Translations under genes and position numbers: made by a program | Notes under the pieces: generated by a model | The model's input: only the letters and a program-made list of their open reading frames with translations | The model's database searches: none | Told to the model about the DNA's origin: nothing | NCBI RefSeq assembly: GCF_009914755.1 | Contig: NC_060931.1 | Source of the DNA: the human T2T-CHM13v2.0 reference genome, Homo sapiens | Reading direction: 5' to 3' (one strand) | DNA: 64,000 nucleotides | Part shown: positions 42,175 through 54,369 of the stretch, piece by piece | Numbering within the stretch: the stretch's first letter is position 1 | Layout: every line of letters begins with the position of its first letter

Positions 42175-42840
42175 TATCATGGGTCTCCCCAAAAAGAAGA
42201 GCCAGAGAAAAGGGATGGATGCAGATAGATAGCTTATTTGAGGGAGTGATCTCAGGGAACAGGAGTCAGAGGATTCAACGGTGATGTTGGTAGTGTGTTA
42301 TTTTGCTTCGGGCAAAGCTACGGCATTCTGTCTTGGGGTTCAATGGCCGGTATTAGAAGCCTCTTCTCTATTTGATACAAATTAAACCTTGAGTACTAGG
42401 ACTAGTGAAATGGAGAAAATGTAAAGATAATCCAAGAGTCGAGTTATTAAGACTGAATGTTAGTTATTACTATGGGCAACTGGGGTTCAATTTCGTTGAA
42501 AACCCTCTGAAGAATGGTATAGATCCTTCCTCAGACTTGTTTACTCAAGACATGGAAAAGGGTATATTTATCTACTTGCTTCCAACTCCAGTTGGTCAAG
42601 GCTTGCCCTTGGGGCTGCTAACTTCCTTGGATGTACAGTCAGAGTATGATGCAGAATGAGTAAGCAGGCTAGTCTTGTGTAGGTATCTCATGCTGTGGAG
42701 ACAAAGAATTCCTGAAGCACAAGAAACATTTGTGCAGCTAAGTTAAGGTTCTATTGCTTCAGCTGGTTGCTAAAGCAATAGTCAGAACAAAATGCTGAGC
42801 AAAGAGGATGTGAGACAGGGCATTGAAAATGTATGTCTCC
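42175..42840 (-). mobile_element. Old ERVL-class LTR (LTR67B/LTR16-like), interrupted by the 120-bp duplicate
   Basis: tagcttatttgagggagtgatctcagggaac, resuming after 42396 with tactatgggcaactggggttcaat. Confidence 0.6.
42277..42396 (+). repeat. 120-bp dispersed duplicate, copy B
   Basis: Gapless match to 40497-40616 at an offset of 1780 bp. Confidence 0.92.
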
Positions 42841-42844
42841 CTGT

Positions 42845-43290
42845 CCTTCTCAACCTGCTTCGTACCTCAGGGAGCTGACCTCTGTAGCATAGATCACCTG
42901 AACTCCCTTTCCATCTGGCTTCTCATTGAGTCTTGGTACCAGAAGAAATGGTAGGAAATCTGAAAGCAGGAGAATAGAATGGTTGAGAGTATTTGTTTCC
43001 CCTATCTTCTGTCCTTCCTGCATTGCCACAGTTTGTTCCTCTTGGCTGCCACTCCTATTGGGTGAACCTGCTTCCATGACTCCACCCCTCTTTGGGTTTG
43101 GTAATATCATTCTCTCTCTACCAAAGGCCACAGCTCCTGCTAGGAGGCCTTTTCCTGTAGTTATAACTCTGCCATAGATTGAATAACTGCTTATCTCTCT
43201 TTTCTTTCAGACCTGGAGTAGGTTTTAGTTTTCTGTTGTTGCTGATCTTTGGACCCAGCTCAAATCTTTTGCTGAGCTTTTACCTATTAA
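42845..43290 (+). mobile_element. LTR33-like ERVL LTR
   Basis: gagctgacctctgtagcatagatcacctgaactccctttccatctggcttc...agtatttgtttcccc. Confidence 0.6.
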
Positions 43291-43799
43291 ATCTTTTGAT
43301 TGTGGCTTAATTTACTGCCCAAATAAAATTGGGGTTTTGTTAGCAGCGAATAAGGGAGAACTTTTATGGGTTGACATATAAAGGTGTCTGCTCTTCCTGT
43401 TATGGGGCCAGGACCAAGTGAAAGTTTGCCACCAGTGGAATGGCTTCAACACACTTAGAAAAATGGCATAGAGATGAAGTTCCTCTTTTGAATAACTTTC
43501 AACTTTAGTGGCCTACTACTCCCATATTTTGGCTTGTTAAACTGGTAATGCTATATTTTAAATTTCTATTGCATTTTTTTCTTAGACATTAAAACCTTTT
43601 CAGTTACAGGATTTAAGCAATATAAAAGGCATCAGCATAAAAGTGAAAATCTCCCTTGATTCAGTTACTCATAGATAAATATTGTTAACATTTTGAATTT
43701 CTTCAGACTTTATCGGTTGTCTATAAAGGCGATCAGCACCTCAGTTTTGTTTGGAAGGAAGACACCAACTGTAAAAATGTGGATGGAATGAGAGGAAAC

Positions 43800-45230
43800 A
43801 AGGATAATTAAGTCATTCCATTGTAAGGTCAGCACAACGTCTGGATATATCTCCTGTTATTCAAAGATGATACTCAGACAAGATTAAAAAGAAAAGCAAA
43901 TGGAAGAAACATAGAAAACAAAAAACAAATGTCTACAACCCACCCACTCACCCTTAAACATAACTAAAGAATAAAAGAACACCATGCTTTTCAAAAATTC
44001 CCAATGGTTAAGTACTTGTAACAACTTAAGTGTCTATGATGAGGTAGTAGAAAAATGTATTATTGTGAATTCATTTAGCAGAATTCTATGTTGTTAGTAG
44101 AATGTATAGAATATTATATGCTGCTATAAAATTATCTTCGAGATATTTTTAAAAAATCAAGGCTGCTATGATATGATTTATATTAAAAACAGCACAGATG
44201 AATATACATTTACATGCTTAAGTATAAATAAAATGTTTCTGAAAGGAAATAGGTAACTATTAACAATGTTTTATTACCAAAAATGGTTGCATATTTGGCG
44301 GTAGAAGGGAGATTTGCTTTTCATTACATTTGTTTTTGTCATATTTAATTGTTTTTCCATCCACATATTATTCAATCGGAAAAGATTTACTAGAGGGAAG
44401 GTAATTACATCTTAATTATGCACTCAACTTCAAAACAACATCAGAATCCCTGAAGTAGGGGAAGAAAGGTGACATTAAAAAAGTCAAAAGTGGTTTTCTA
44501 CATAGTTGTAAGTACAAAGTGAATTGGCAAGAAAAATTTACATTGTAAAGGATTTAAAAATGTAATTAGGAAATTAAAGTCTGCGTTGGAAGCAGTTATT
44601 GATAAGAATCATCTCTTTAGAGATGTAACCAATAACTTCGAAGATATTTTCAACAATTCTCCCAGAATTCATAACATAATAACAAATAGAAGAAATTAAC
44701 AAAAAGAAGAGGATAGAAACAAAAGGCAAAGAACAGAAGTTCAGCCTACAGAAGATTGGTAAAGAGGAGAGAACAAATTGAACAGAGCAAGCATCATGAA
44801 CTAATAGTAGAAAACTTTCCTGAGATGAATAATATCCTAAGGCAGCACATGAGACAAACTGGTCAACAGGAAAACAACACCTTAAACGTATCCTAGTGAA
44901 ATGTTTGAATTTCAATAGTAAACAAAGAATCCTCTGAGCATCTAGAAAGACAAGGTAGAGAGATCAGGCTGGTCTCAATCTTTTTCTCCATAATGTTGAA
45001 CATTAGATGCTAATGGTGGAGCAACATTTATAGAATTTTGAAGTAAGTAAAAATAATTTGAGATTAACCAGAAATTCTCTGTTTAATCATATGTTATCAT
45101 TCTTATGTAAAGGAATCAGAGAAGCTTTGCATTTACTATCTATTGATAGATTTATATGAGCTATAAAATTTATATACTCCACATATTACTCTTTATAAAA
45201 AATTACAGTTTAACTTTTTTTTATTTTTGT
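43800..45230 (+). mobile_element. Decayed L1M fragments (3' UTR-like and ORF1-like pieces)
   Basis: A-rich sequence with agaaaactttcctgagatga and cgtatcctagtgaaat. Boundaries are approximate. Confidence 0.5.
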
Positions 45231-45244
45231 TTTTAAAGAAACTC

Positions 45245-48200
45245 AGGAATTCTGCTCTTGGGAAGATGGATTAGATGTATTATTCTTTACTCTTCCCACT
45301 AACTACAACTAAAACCTCAGACTTACATATAAAACAAGCATAAGGAGACTCTGAACGGTGAAGAGAAGAAGGTGGACTTACTGGAGATCTTAAGACCCAA
45401 GAAATAATGGAGAAGTAAGTTCCTTGGATTTTCTTTTTTGCCTAATATACCCCAGACTTGGAGCTGAAGAAGCTGGCAGCCCAGAAAAACCAAAAGGCAC
45501 ACATTTTCAGAAGTCTCAATAAAAGCCTCCTTCCTCTAGCCAAAGGACCAAGAAATGGGCAGCCCAGAAAGACAAAACAACAACAACAATAAAACCCTAA
45601 AAACCCTCTTAGATGAAAAAAACAGCACCGTAGCCAAACACCACAGAAATTTTGTGATCCCAACCCTCATCCACAATAACAAGGGTTAAATGTGAATCTA
45701 GACTTCTATCCTCACCAGAATGTGACAAGGTGCATCATCTCCGCTCTCAGGGTCATCTTAGGGAAAGGTAAGTAGGGAGCCAAGACTTTCATAACTACCA
45801 GGCACTTATGAGGACCCACCCACTCTATGGTATCAGTGGATACCACATGGGGATCTTGAACTCTCAGTCTCACCTGGCAGTAATCCGGCACCTCTGTCTC
45901 TCCTGGATGGAGGCCTAGAGGAGTGTTGGGACTTTCCTGACTTCCCTTTTGTGGAAAGACCACTCACTCTCCCCATATGTTAGTAGAGGCCACAAGAAAT
46001 GATTTCACACACAAATTTGACACCTTAGATGAATGGGCCAAATACTCAAAAAAACACAAATTACTACAACTCACCAATATAAAACATATAATTCAAAGAG
46101 CTCTGTAACTATTAAAAAAATTGATCTTATTACTTAAAAACTCCCAAGATAGTAATATCCAAGCCCAGATGGTTTTCCTTGAGAATTCTAGCAAACATGT
46201 AAAAAAGAATTAACATCAACTGTACATCAAGTAATCCAGAAATTAGAAGAGAAGAAAATGCTTCTCAATTCATTTTATGCTATCATTCATTTATGCTAAA
46301 GTTTGAGGGCCACTGCTGTAGAATTTTGCTGGGCTATGTGTGATTTCAGGATCAGCAGCCTCAGAACACGAGAGCTGTTAGGATTGCAGTAGCTCAGACC
46401 CCACCCAGACCCAGGTGCAGCGTCACCTGGAACTTTTTATGAATGCAAATTATTTCTAACTGATTTTATGTAAATCACGAACACTGAGATTGAACAAGCC
46501 CTCCAGGTGATGCGAATGCAGCTTAAATTTCAACCATGGCTACTAACCGAAAAAAGCTAACTATAGACCAATATCCCTCATAAACATAGATGTAAAAATC
46601 CTCAATGAAACACTATCAAATATAATTCAGCTAAAAAGAATTAGACACCATGAACAAATGGGATTTATTCAGAGAAGGCAAGTCTAGCTCAATATTTGAA
46701 AATCAATTAATGCAACCTACCATTTTAGCATGGTAGAGAAAAAAGTCTTACGCTTATAGCAAGCAATGCAGAAAAAAGCACTGGACATTCACCCATTCAT
46801 CACAAAGACTTTCAGAACAAATAGAAATAAAGGGGAATGTTCTCGATCTGTTAAAGATCATCTACAAAAACTCCACAGTTAATATTTTACTTAATAGTGA
46901 AAGATTAAATATTTTCCCCTAGGATTGGCAACAAGATAAGGGTATCTGCTCTTATTATTCAACATAGTACTAGAAGTTCTAGTCAGTAGAGTAAGACAAG
47001 AAAGGGAACTAAAAGGCATATTGGTTGGAAAGGAAGAAAAAAACCTGTTCCTACCTTAAGATGGTATAATTGTTCATGTATAAATTCCAAGGAATCTACA
47101 CAAAAATTCCTGGAATGGATAAGTAAGTTCAGCAAAGTTGCAAGATTCAAGATAGGCCTACAAAAATCTATTTTATTTCTATACATCAGCAATAAACATG
47201 TAGAAAAGCCATAATTAAAAATAAAATACCATTTAAATTTACTCCAAAAAAGAGAAAGAAATACTGAGGTGTAAATATATCAAAACATAAATAGGACTTG
47301 GAGACAGAAACTACAAATACTGATGAAAGAAATCAAAGAAGATCTAAATAACTGGTGAGACATACCATGTTCATAGATTGGAAGAATCAACATAGTAAAG
47401 ATGTCAATTCTCCAAAAATTGACACACAGGCTGAATGCAACTCCTATAGTTCCAGAAATATTTTTTGTGTGTATATATATAAAGATTATTCTAATATTTA
47501 AATGGAAAGTCAAAGAAACTAGAGTAGCTAAAACTATTTGAAAAAGAATAAATTGGGAGGAACCAGTCTACCGAATTTCTACAGTAATTGAGACTGTGTT
47601 ATTGGTGGAGGGATAGACACATAGATCAGCGGACAGGATAGAAAACCCAGAAGCAGGTCCTCAAAATTATGCCTGATAGATTTTTTTTCAAAGATGCAAA
47701 AGCAATTTGATGGATGAAAGCTAGCATTTTCAACAAACTATATTGGAGCAAATGGGCATCCATAGACAAACACTGATGCAAGTCTCATACTTCGTATAAA
47801 AATTAATTCAAATTGGACCATGGACTTAAATGTAAAACTATAAAATTTTGGAAAAAAAATAGGAGAAAATCTTTGAGATCTAGGGTTAAACTTGACACCA
47901 AAAGTATGATCCAGAAAAGGAAAATTGATAAATTGAGCTTTATAAAATTAAAAAAAAAAACCCTTTTCTCTGCGAAAAACCCTTTTAAGTGGATGACAAG
48001 GTAAGATACTGACTAGGAGAAAATATTTGCTAACTACATGTCTGATGAAGGATTAGTGTCTAGAATATGCAAAAGCTCTCAAAACTCGACAGTAAAACAA
48101 AAACAAGAAAATGGGCAAATGTCAAGAAGAGATACTTTACTGAATGAGAAAAGCGGATGTGAAAAGATTTCCAACGTCATAAGCATTAGGAAAATCAAAT

Positions 48201-48262
48201 TAAAATATCAGTATACACCTATCAGAATGGCTAAAATAAGAAACAATGGCCAACACCAAAGT
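45245..48262 (+). mobile_element. L1MC/L1MD-type element (5' UTR piece joined to ORF2), carrying a 260-bp foreign insertion
   Basis: ORF2 phrases: ccaagcccagatggttttc, aactatagaccaatatccctcataaacatagatg, ttcaacatagtactagaagttctag, cacctatcagaatggctaaaat. Confidence 0.85.
46293..46552 (+). repeat. 260-bp templated insertion (copy of 53470-53729)
   Basis: 259/260 identical to 53470-53729; the only difference is T46461 vs G53638. Confidence 0.97.
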
Positions 48263-48696
48263 AACTGTGAATTTGTATCTCATTACAGCTTGAATAATAT
48301 GCCATTAATTTTCTTAATATTTTCCTTGCTATTGTTTTTCTTAATAACTGACTTGAATATCTCTTTTACTTAATAGTTTATGAGAAGCTGGCTTGTGTTG
48401 GTATTTAATATAAAATGGTTAGAGATATTTTGCTTCTTCAAAAACAATGAATTAGCTCAAGAAATGATTAAAAGTATAATCAAATAACATGAAGTTAAGC
48501 AGATAATTAAATTTATATATGAGAACATAAACCTTTTGTGCTGTTTTCAGAGCTGTGAGCCCAGGGCTGTGTCATTAGGCTAGGACAGGCAATCAGTAAA
48601 CTTTTGTTAAATGGGTATGTGAAAGATCAAATAAGGGGATGAATAAAAACTGAACTTGTGGAATAAGAAGAATATTAATAGAGCTGAAAATTGTAA

Positions 48697-49029
<333 letters not shown>

Positions 49030-49720
49030 AGGGCTACATTCTTAAAGAGAATTGTACTCTTTGTCACCCAGAGCTGTGAAAATGGACAGACCAGTGCAAG
49101 TACATGTTTCCAGGGAAACCTATGAGCTGAACCAAGTATGGTCTTAGAATGTACTGGTAGAGACAGATGGATCTGCCTAATTGTTCATTTCTGGGACATT
49201 GGGCACTTTCTGGGAGCAAAATTCATCATAGGAAGGAAGCTTGCCTCTGTGACAAGTTAGTAGCATTGCAAAAAAAAAAAAAAACCAAAAACAACAACAA
49301 CAAAAAACAACTTACTGTTTATCCTTGAAATCCTTTTAACATGTGCCATAGCCTTCCATTTCAACCCCAAAATAAAACCTTTGCAGTAAAAAGTGATGTA
49401 GGTTTATTTCGAGGTGTGTTACAGGTAGCAAAACCTTTCCTGAATGCACAATTTTATATAGGAAAGGATTGCTGTGCTGTTGGTCACTGAGAAACTGAGG
49501 AGAGGGAGGGTTTCACTCCTACAGGGAAGAATGTGGGATTGTTAAAGAGTCATTTTGGTGACTTCATACATTTTCCCAGTATTAATTTCCTGGAAAAGAA
49601 AGAGTAACAAATAGCATCTCAAGCTAGGGACACAGTGTTGGATAGATTGACTGTAGAGAAAGTCACTTTTTGTGAGTCCTGTTTCAGGTGGCTCTGACTG
49701 GCTTCCTTCACTTCTATGTG

Positions 49721-50068
49721 TGCTACAATCTGAATGTTTGTGCCTCTCCAAAATTCATGTGTTGTAACCTAATCAGCAATGAGATGGTATTAGGAGGTGG
49801 AGTTTTGGAAGGTGATTAGATCATTAGAATGGGACTAGTGTCTTTATGATAGAGGCTCCAGGGACCTGTCTTGTCCCTTTGACAATGTGAGGACACAGTG
49901 AGAAGGCACCATCCATGAACCAAAAGTGAGCGCTCACTAGACACCAAATCTACTGACGCCTTGATCTTGGACTTCCCAGCTTCCAGAACTGTGAGAAATG
50001 AATTTCTGTTGTTTATAAACCACCCAGTTTCTATTATTTGGTTATAGCAGCCCAAACAGACTAAGACA
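49721..50068 (+). mobile_element. MLT1A(0) MaLR solo LTR
   Basis: tgcta...gactaagaca, with ccttgatcttggacttcccagcttccagaactgtgagaaat. Perfect 5-bp TSD atgtg. Confidence 0.92.
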
Positions 50069-51684
50069 ATGTGCAACATCCCCAAGTCTTCTAATGCTGA
50101 AATGAAATGAAATGATATTTCTTTCTCCATTGTCAGTCTCCAGTCCTCAAAATATTCCCATCTTTTTATGACCTGTGAAGAGATTAGCAGAATTGAAATA
50201 GAAGCCTTCAAATTTATATATTGAATACAGATAATTAATATTTCCTGTCATGGCTTAGGCTAAAGTCCCACACACTCTGGCCTTCTGCTTAAAACAATCC
50301 AACATGCTCCTTTTTAATCAGATAGCAATTCCCAAGATCCTGTTAAGAATCTCAGCCAAACCTCCTAACCATTCAGGTGCCTCACACGAAAGACTGGTTT
50401 GTGTTTTTGCTTTTGTTTGGAAGGTCACCTTTATCAGGGCTGTAATTAATTCTTGCCAGGTTAATAGTGTTCCCTGTCAATCACACAGGTCTTGGGGGGA
50501 GAAAATTGATAATGTAATAACCATGGCAAAGTGAGACATCGTCACCTTCCAGACCAGGTATCTGGCTTTTTTTTTTTTTTCCTTTTTGGCGGACACAAAT
50601 TGGTCTGTACTTATGATTGCCACTAACTATAGAGAAAATTCAAAAATGAAACCCAGTTTCTTTGACTTTCTTTGGGGTAGCTGTATCTTCTGCCCCTGGT
50701 TTCAAGTACAAAGGCAGATTCTGAGTCAGCCCATTCCCTCACCTGGAAGCAGACTTTTCATGCAATAAGATACAACAGCTTAGCTTGCATGAGGTTTTGG
50801 GAAAAGGCCAAATATTCAAAAAACCATCTGCTTGCACTGCTCATAAATCACAGAAATGATTGCCCTTGATCTGCAGCCATTCTCCATTATAGAGGATATT
50901 GGTTTCCAAAAGATGTCACAGCGTATTGAAATGAGATGGTCTCTTCCAAGCAGAAAATTCCTCTTCACCATTACATTATTATAGTTGAGTAGAATTATGT
51001 CATGTTAGTCCTCAAAGGCAGATAGGATCTCAGAGAAGATGCAAGTGGAGGGGTGGTTGTAAATTTTGCAACTAGCGTAAAGGACAAGCCACTAAAACTT
51101 TTTTATGCTTTGCTCCAGTCAAATACTGTGAGAGTTTGACATGATTGGGAGCAAGGAGTTCTGTTTCTGAAGATGTCTTTTAACCATATGTCCATCTTAT
51201 CACCCGTAACACTTTTTCTCACCAAGAGCAGAGACAATGGCAGTTAATAGAATGAATATAAAGAATGAATGTACAGCAAATAGCCCATGAAAGTTAGACA
51301 CTTGTGGAACTATCTGCAGTATACTTGGCATTGTACAAAGTACAGGGCATGACAGGACGTCTGGCCAATGGCTTTGATGATCTAAGTGAGACACAACCTT
51401 CTGAGGAGCTAGCCTGAAAAATACAGACTCTGCTCACTTAGCCTCTGTTGTAAGAGCCAGTGAAGTGTCAGGTCTGAAATCCACAAAGCACTGGGAAATT
51501 CCCAGAACATTCTTTGACACCCAGGGTTCATTCCAGCTGGGCTGATCTGACAGCATGTTGCCGGCTGATCTACAGGGAGTTGGTTGCAGTTACAGGCTCA
51601 TATGCGGTGTCTTTGTTCAGAAAATGATTACAGTGAGGGCTCTTTCATTCTGAGTTCACTTTACCATCTGTTTGAAATCACAAA

Positions 51685-51785
51685 AGGGCAAACTTGGTGA
51701 GGGGTGGACAGGAATTGTCTGTACCGTGTTAGCAAATGTTCTACAAATCTAAAACTCTTCTAAAACAAAATACTTATTAAAAACA
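51685..51785 (+). mobile_element. Short L1MD-like 3' terminal fragment
   Basis: gggcaaacttggtgaggggtggacaggaa...aaatctaaaactcttctaaaa. Confidence 0.6.
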
Positions 51786-51974
51786 CATTTACTGACAACC
51801 TGCTATCTGGCCAGGTTCTGCCGTAGGTGTGTGGGTAAAATTTGCACTTATGAAGTTATGTTTTAGCTAACATGTAGCCTAGAAATGTGCATCGAATGAT
51901 GAAAGTCTTGTACCACTGTTACTAGGTGGATGGATGGTGGGATGATGGCAGGGAGGGTAGGGTATAAAGGAGAA

Positions 51975-52330
51975 TACGGTGATTAAGTAAAAGATTTTGG
52001 TGTTTTACAGACCTGGGTTTGTATTCCAGTTCTACTTTCAAAATATATTATTTTGGGCACGTTATCTAACTTCATTAAGACTAATTTTCTTTGTTGATAA
52101 TAATACTACTATCTCATAGAATCTTGTTAGAACTAAAAATATATATATATTTCGTATATATGCATACAAACATGTTTGTATACATGTATACATGTGTGTA
52201 TATTTGTATATATGTGTGTATATGTGTATATATGTTTGTATATGTGTATATCTGTATCTACAAATTTTGAATACTTGTTCAGGACAAAGCCTGAAAGAGT
52301 GCTCAATAAAAGATAGCTATTATTACTTCT
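51975..52330 (+). mobile_element. MIR SINE split by a microsatellite
   Basis: cagacctgggtttgtattccagttctact...atctcatagaatcttgttag, resuming with gtgctcaataaa. Confidence 0.75.
52139..52260. repeat. Degenerate (TA)/(TG) microsatellite
   Basis: Alternating purine-pyrimidine run. Confidence 0.9.
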
Positions 52331-52524
52331 ACTCCATAAAGTAACAATTCCAAAACACTTTGGTAGAATAAAGAAGTTAGTGCTGATACAGTATTGAACA
52401 ACTAAAATGAAGGGTGATCCCATAAGACTGGGCAGGCCATTTCCCTTAGCCTCAGCTGGCTGTGCGTTTCACCAGATCCTGGGAGGGACAGATGGAAAGT
52501 ACACATTGAACCAATACCAAGCAT

Positions 52525-52534
52525 TGTGTGTGCC

Positions 52535-52574
<40 letters not shown>
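52525..52574. repeat. (TG)n microsatellite
   Basis: About 18 uninterrupted TG units after a degenerate start. Confidence 0.95.
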
Positions 52575-52575
<1 letters not shown>

Positions 52576-53093
52576 ATACTTTGGTTTGCAAGAAAAAGAA
52601 ATAGGCTCAGCTACCTCAGGGATGATGATTTATTTCAAGGAACATAAGAAGTATAGAAATACAAGGAACACTTTGCAGCTGCATTAGGCTTCAAAGCCTA
52701 GAGTGAAGTTCTCAGCTGCTTAGGTTACAGCAGCAGCTCCAGTGACTGCTGCATATAAGAAGACTCAAACATCTTTTTACGCCTCGGAAAGAGATGCCCA
52801 TTACTCACCACCATCCCTACTCTAGTGAACACAATGGTCTCAGCTAAAGTTAGACTTGCCCTGCTTCTCTTAACTTTTGAAATATCTTGTTTTCTGCCTT
52901 CTATTGCATCTCTCCAAAGGCTGTATCTCTAGCGTGTATGGCAAGGTCTTGCCTCCCTGGTATAGCTGGTTGATCCAGGGGTGGATATGTAAACTTAGAG
53001 GGAGCAGTATTATTCTTTGTCACAGGAATTATAAAATCAGGACAGATAGCTAGGGAGGAGCAACTGGGCTTTGCTAATGGCCACGCTCTAGAG

Positions 53094-53331
53094 CAGGGTT
53101 TCTCAACCTTGGCACTATTGACATTTTTGGGTGGATAATTCCTTGTTGTGGAAGGCTGTCTGGTGCCTTATAGAATGTTTAGCTGTATCCCTGGCCTCTA
53201 CGTGCTAGGTGCCAGTAGCACTCTCCATCTGCCCTCCTCTCTCATTTGCCCCAGTGTGACAATAAAAAATGTATCCAGATCTTTCCAAGTGTCCCCTCAG
53301 GGGAAAAATCTTTTCTGGTTTAGATTCAGTG
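53094..53331. mobile_element. MER20 hAT MITE
   Basis: cagggtttctcaaccttggcactattgacatttt. Perfect 8-bp TSD ctctagag at 53086-53093 and 53332-53339. Confidence 0.92.
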
Positions 53332-53339
53332 CTCTAGAG

Positions 53340-53880
53340 CAGTGCTATAAAAAGTCTGGTTTACGGACTGGCAGCATCAGCATCATCTGAGAGCTGCTTG
53401 AATCAGAATCTGGTGATGGAGTTCAGGAATCTGTGTTTTCACAAAGTTTGCAATGACTACTATGCATGCATGCTAAAGTTTGAGGGCCACTGCTGTAGAA
53501 TTTTGCTGGGCTATGTGTGATTTCAGGATCAGCAGCCTCAGAACACGAGAGCTGTTAGGATTGCAGTAGCTCAGACCCCACCCAGACCCAGGTGCAGCGT
53601 CACCTGGAACTTTTTATGAATGCAAATTATTTCTAACGGATTTTATGTAAATCACGAACACTGAGATTGAACAAGCCCTCCAGGTGATGCGAATGCAGCT
53701 TAAATTTCAACCATGGCTACTAACCGAAATCACTTCTAAGATATTAAAGGCTATTGAGGCCTGGGTCCCATTCCAAAACATTTTTATTTTAGATTATCTA
53801 GGGTAAGAACGGTGCATTAGCAACAAAACTTTCATAATGCCCATGTGATTCCAATGTGCAGCCAAACTCCAGAAACTGCC
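53340..53880. mobile_element. Cluster of MER5A/MER5B hAT MITE fragments (donor region of the 260-bp insertion)
   Basis: cagcatcagcatcatctgagagct, gaatcagaatct, ctaaagtttgagggccactg, aacaagccctccaggtgat, gtgattccaatgtgcagcca. Confidence 0.8.
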
Positions 53881-54369
53881 AGAGTGTTAGTCTCGAATCT
53901 CTGCTGCAAATGTCCCTGGAGGTTTTGTGGTTTCTTCACATTTCAAATCTTCACTGTTCAACTCTTATTTTAATTTGCAAGCCACTCCTATAATCTTACA
54001 ATAATGTTTTAAATTAGGCTAACTAGAGTTCATTTCTGTTGCTCACAACCCTAATAACCTAAACAAGTACAGTCATATGGGGAAGAGATTGCAGACAGTA
54101 GACTCTCAGGAAACGTGGGAAGCTAGGTATTTGAAATTGGTTTTTGGGGTGCGTGTTTGTGTGTGTGCCGGTGAGGGGCATCCCTCTATATTATAGGATG
54201 GAAAACTATCAGCTTGTTGGTCCCTAAATTGGCCATTAGGAACTCTGCTCAAAAAGTCTCTTCCTCATGTAGCCCTGAGCAAAAGGCTATAGCTATGAGT
54301 CATTAACAAACAACACTTAAAGCATCTGGAGTCTGGTGCATAGTTTGAGCAAACCCGAGTCTGTATTAT

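Noticed and set aside
49270-49310. A-rich run as another solo poly-A insertion
   Set aside because: No convincing target-site duplication.
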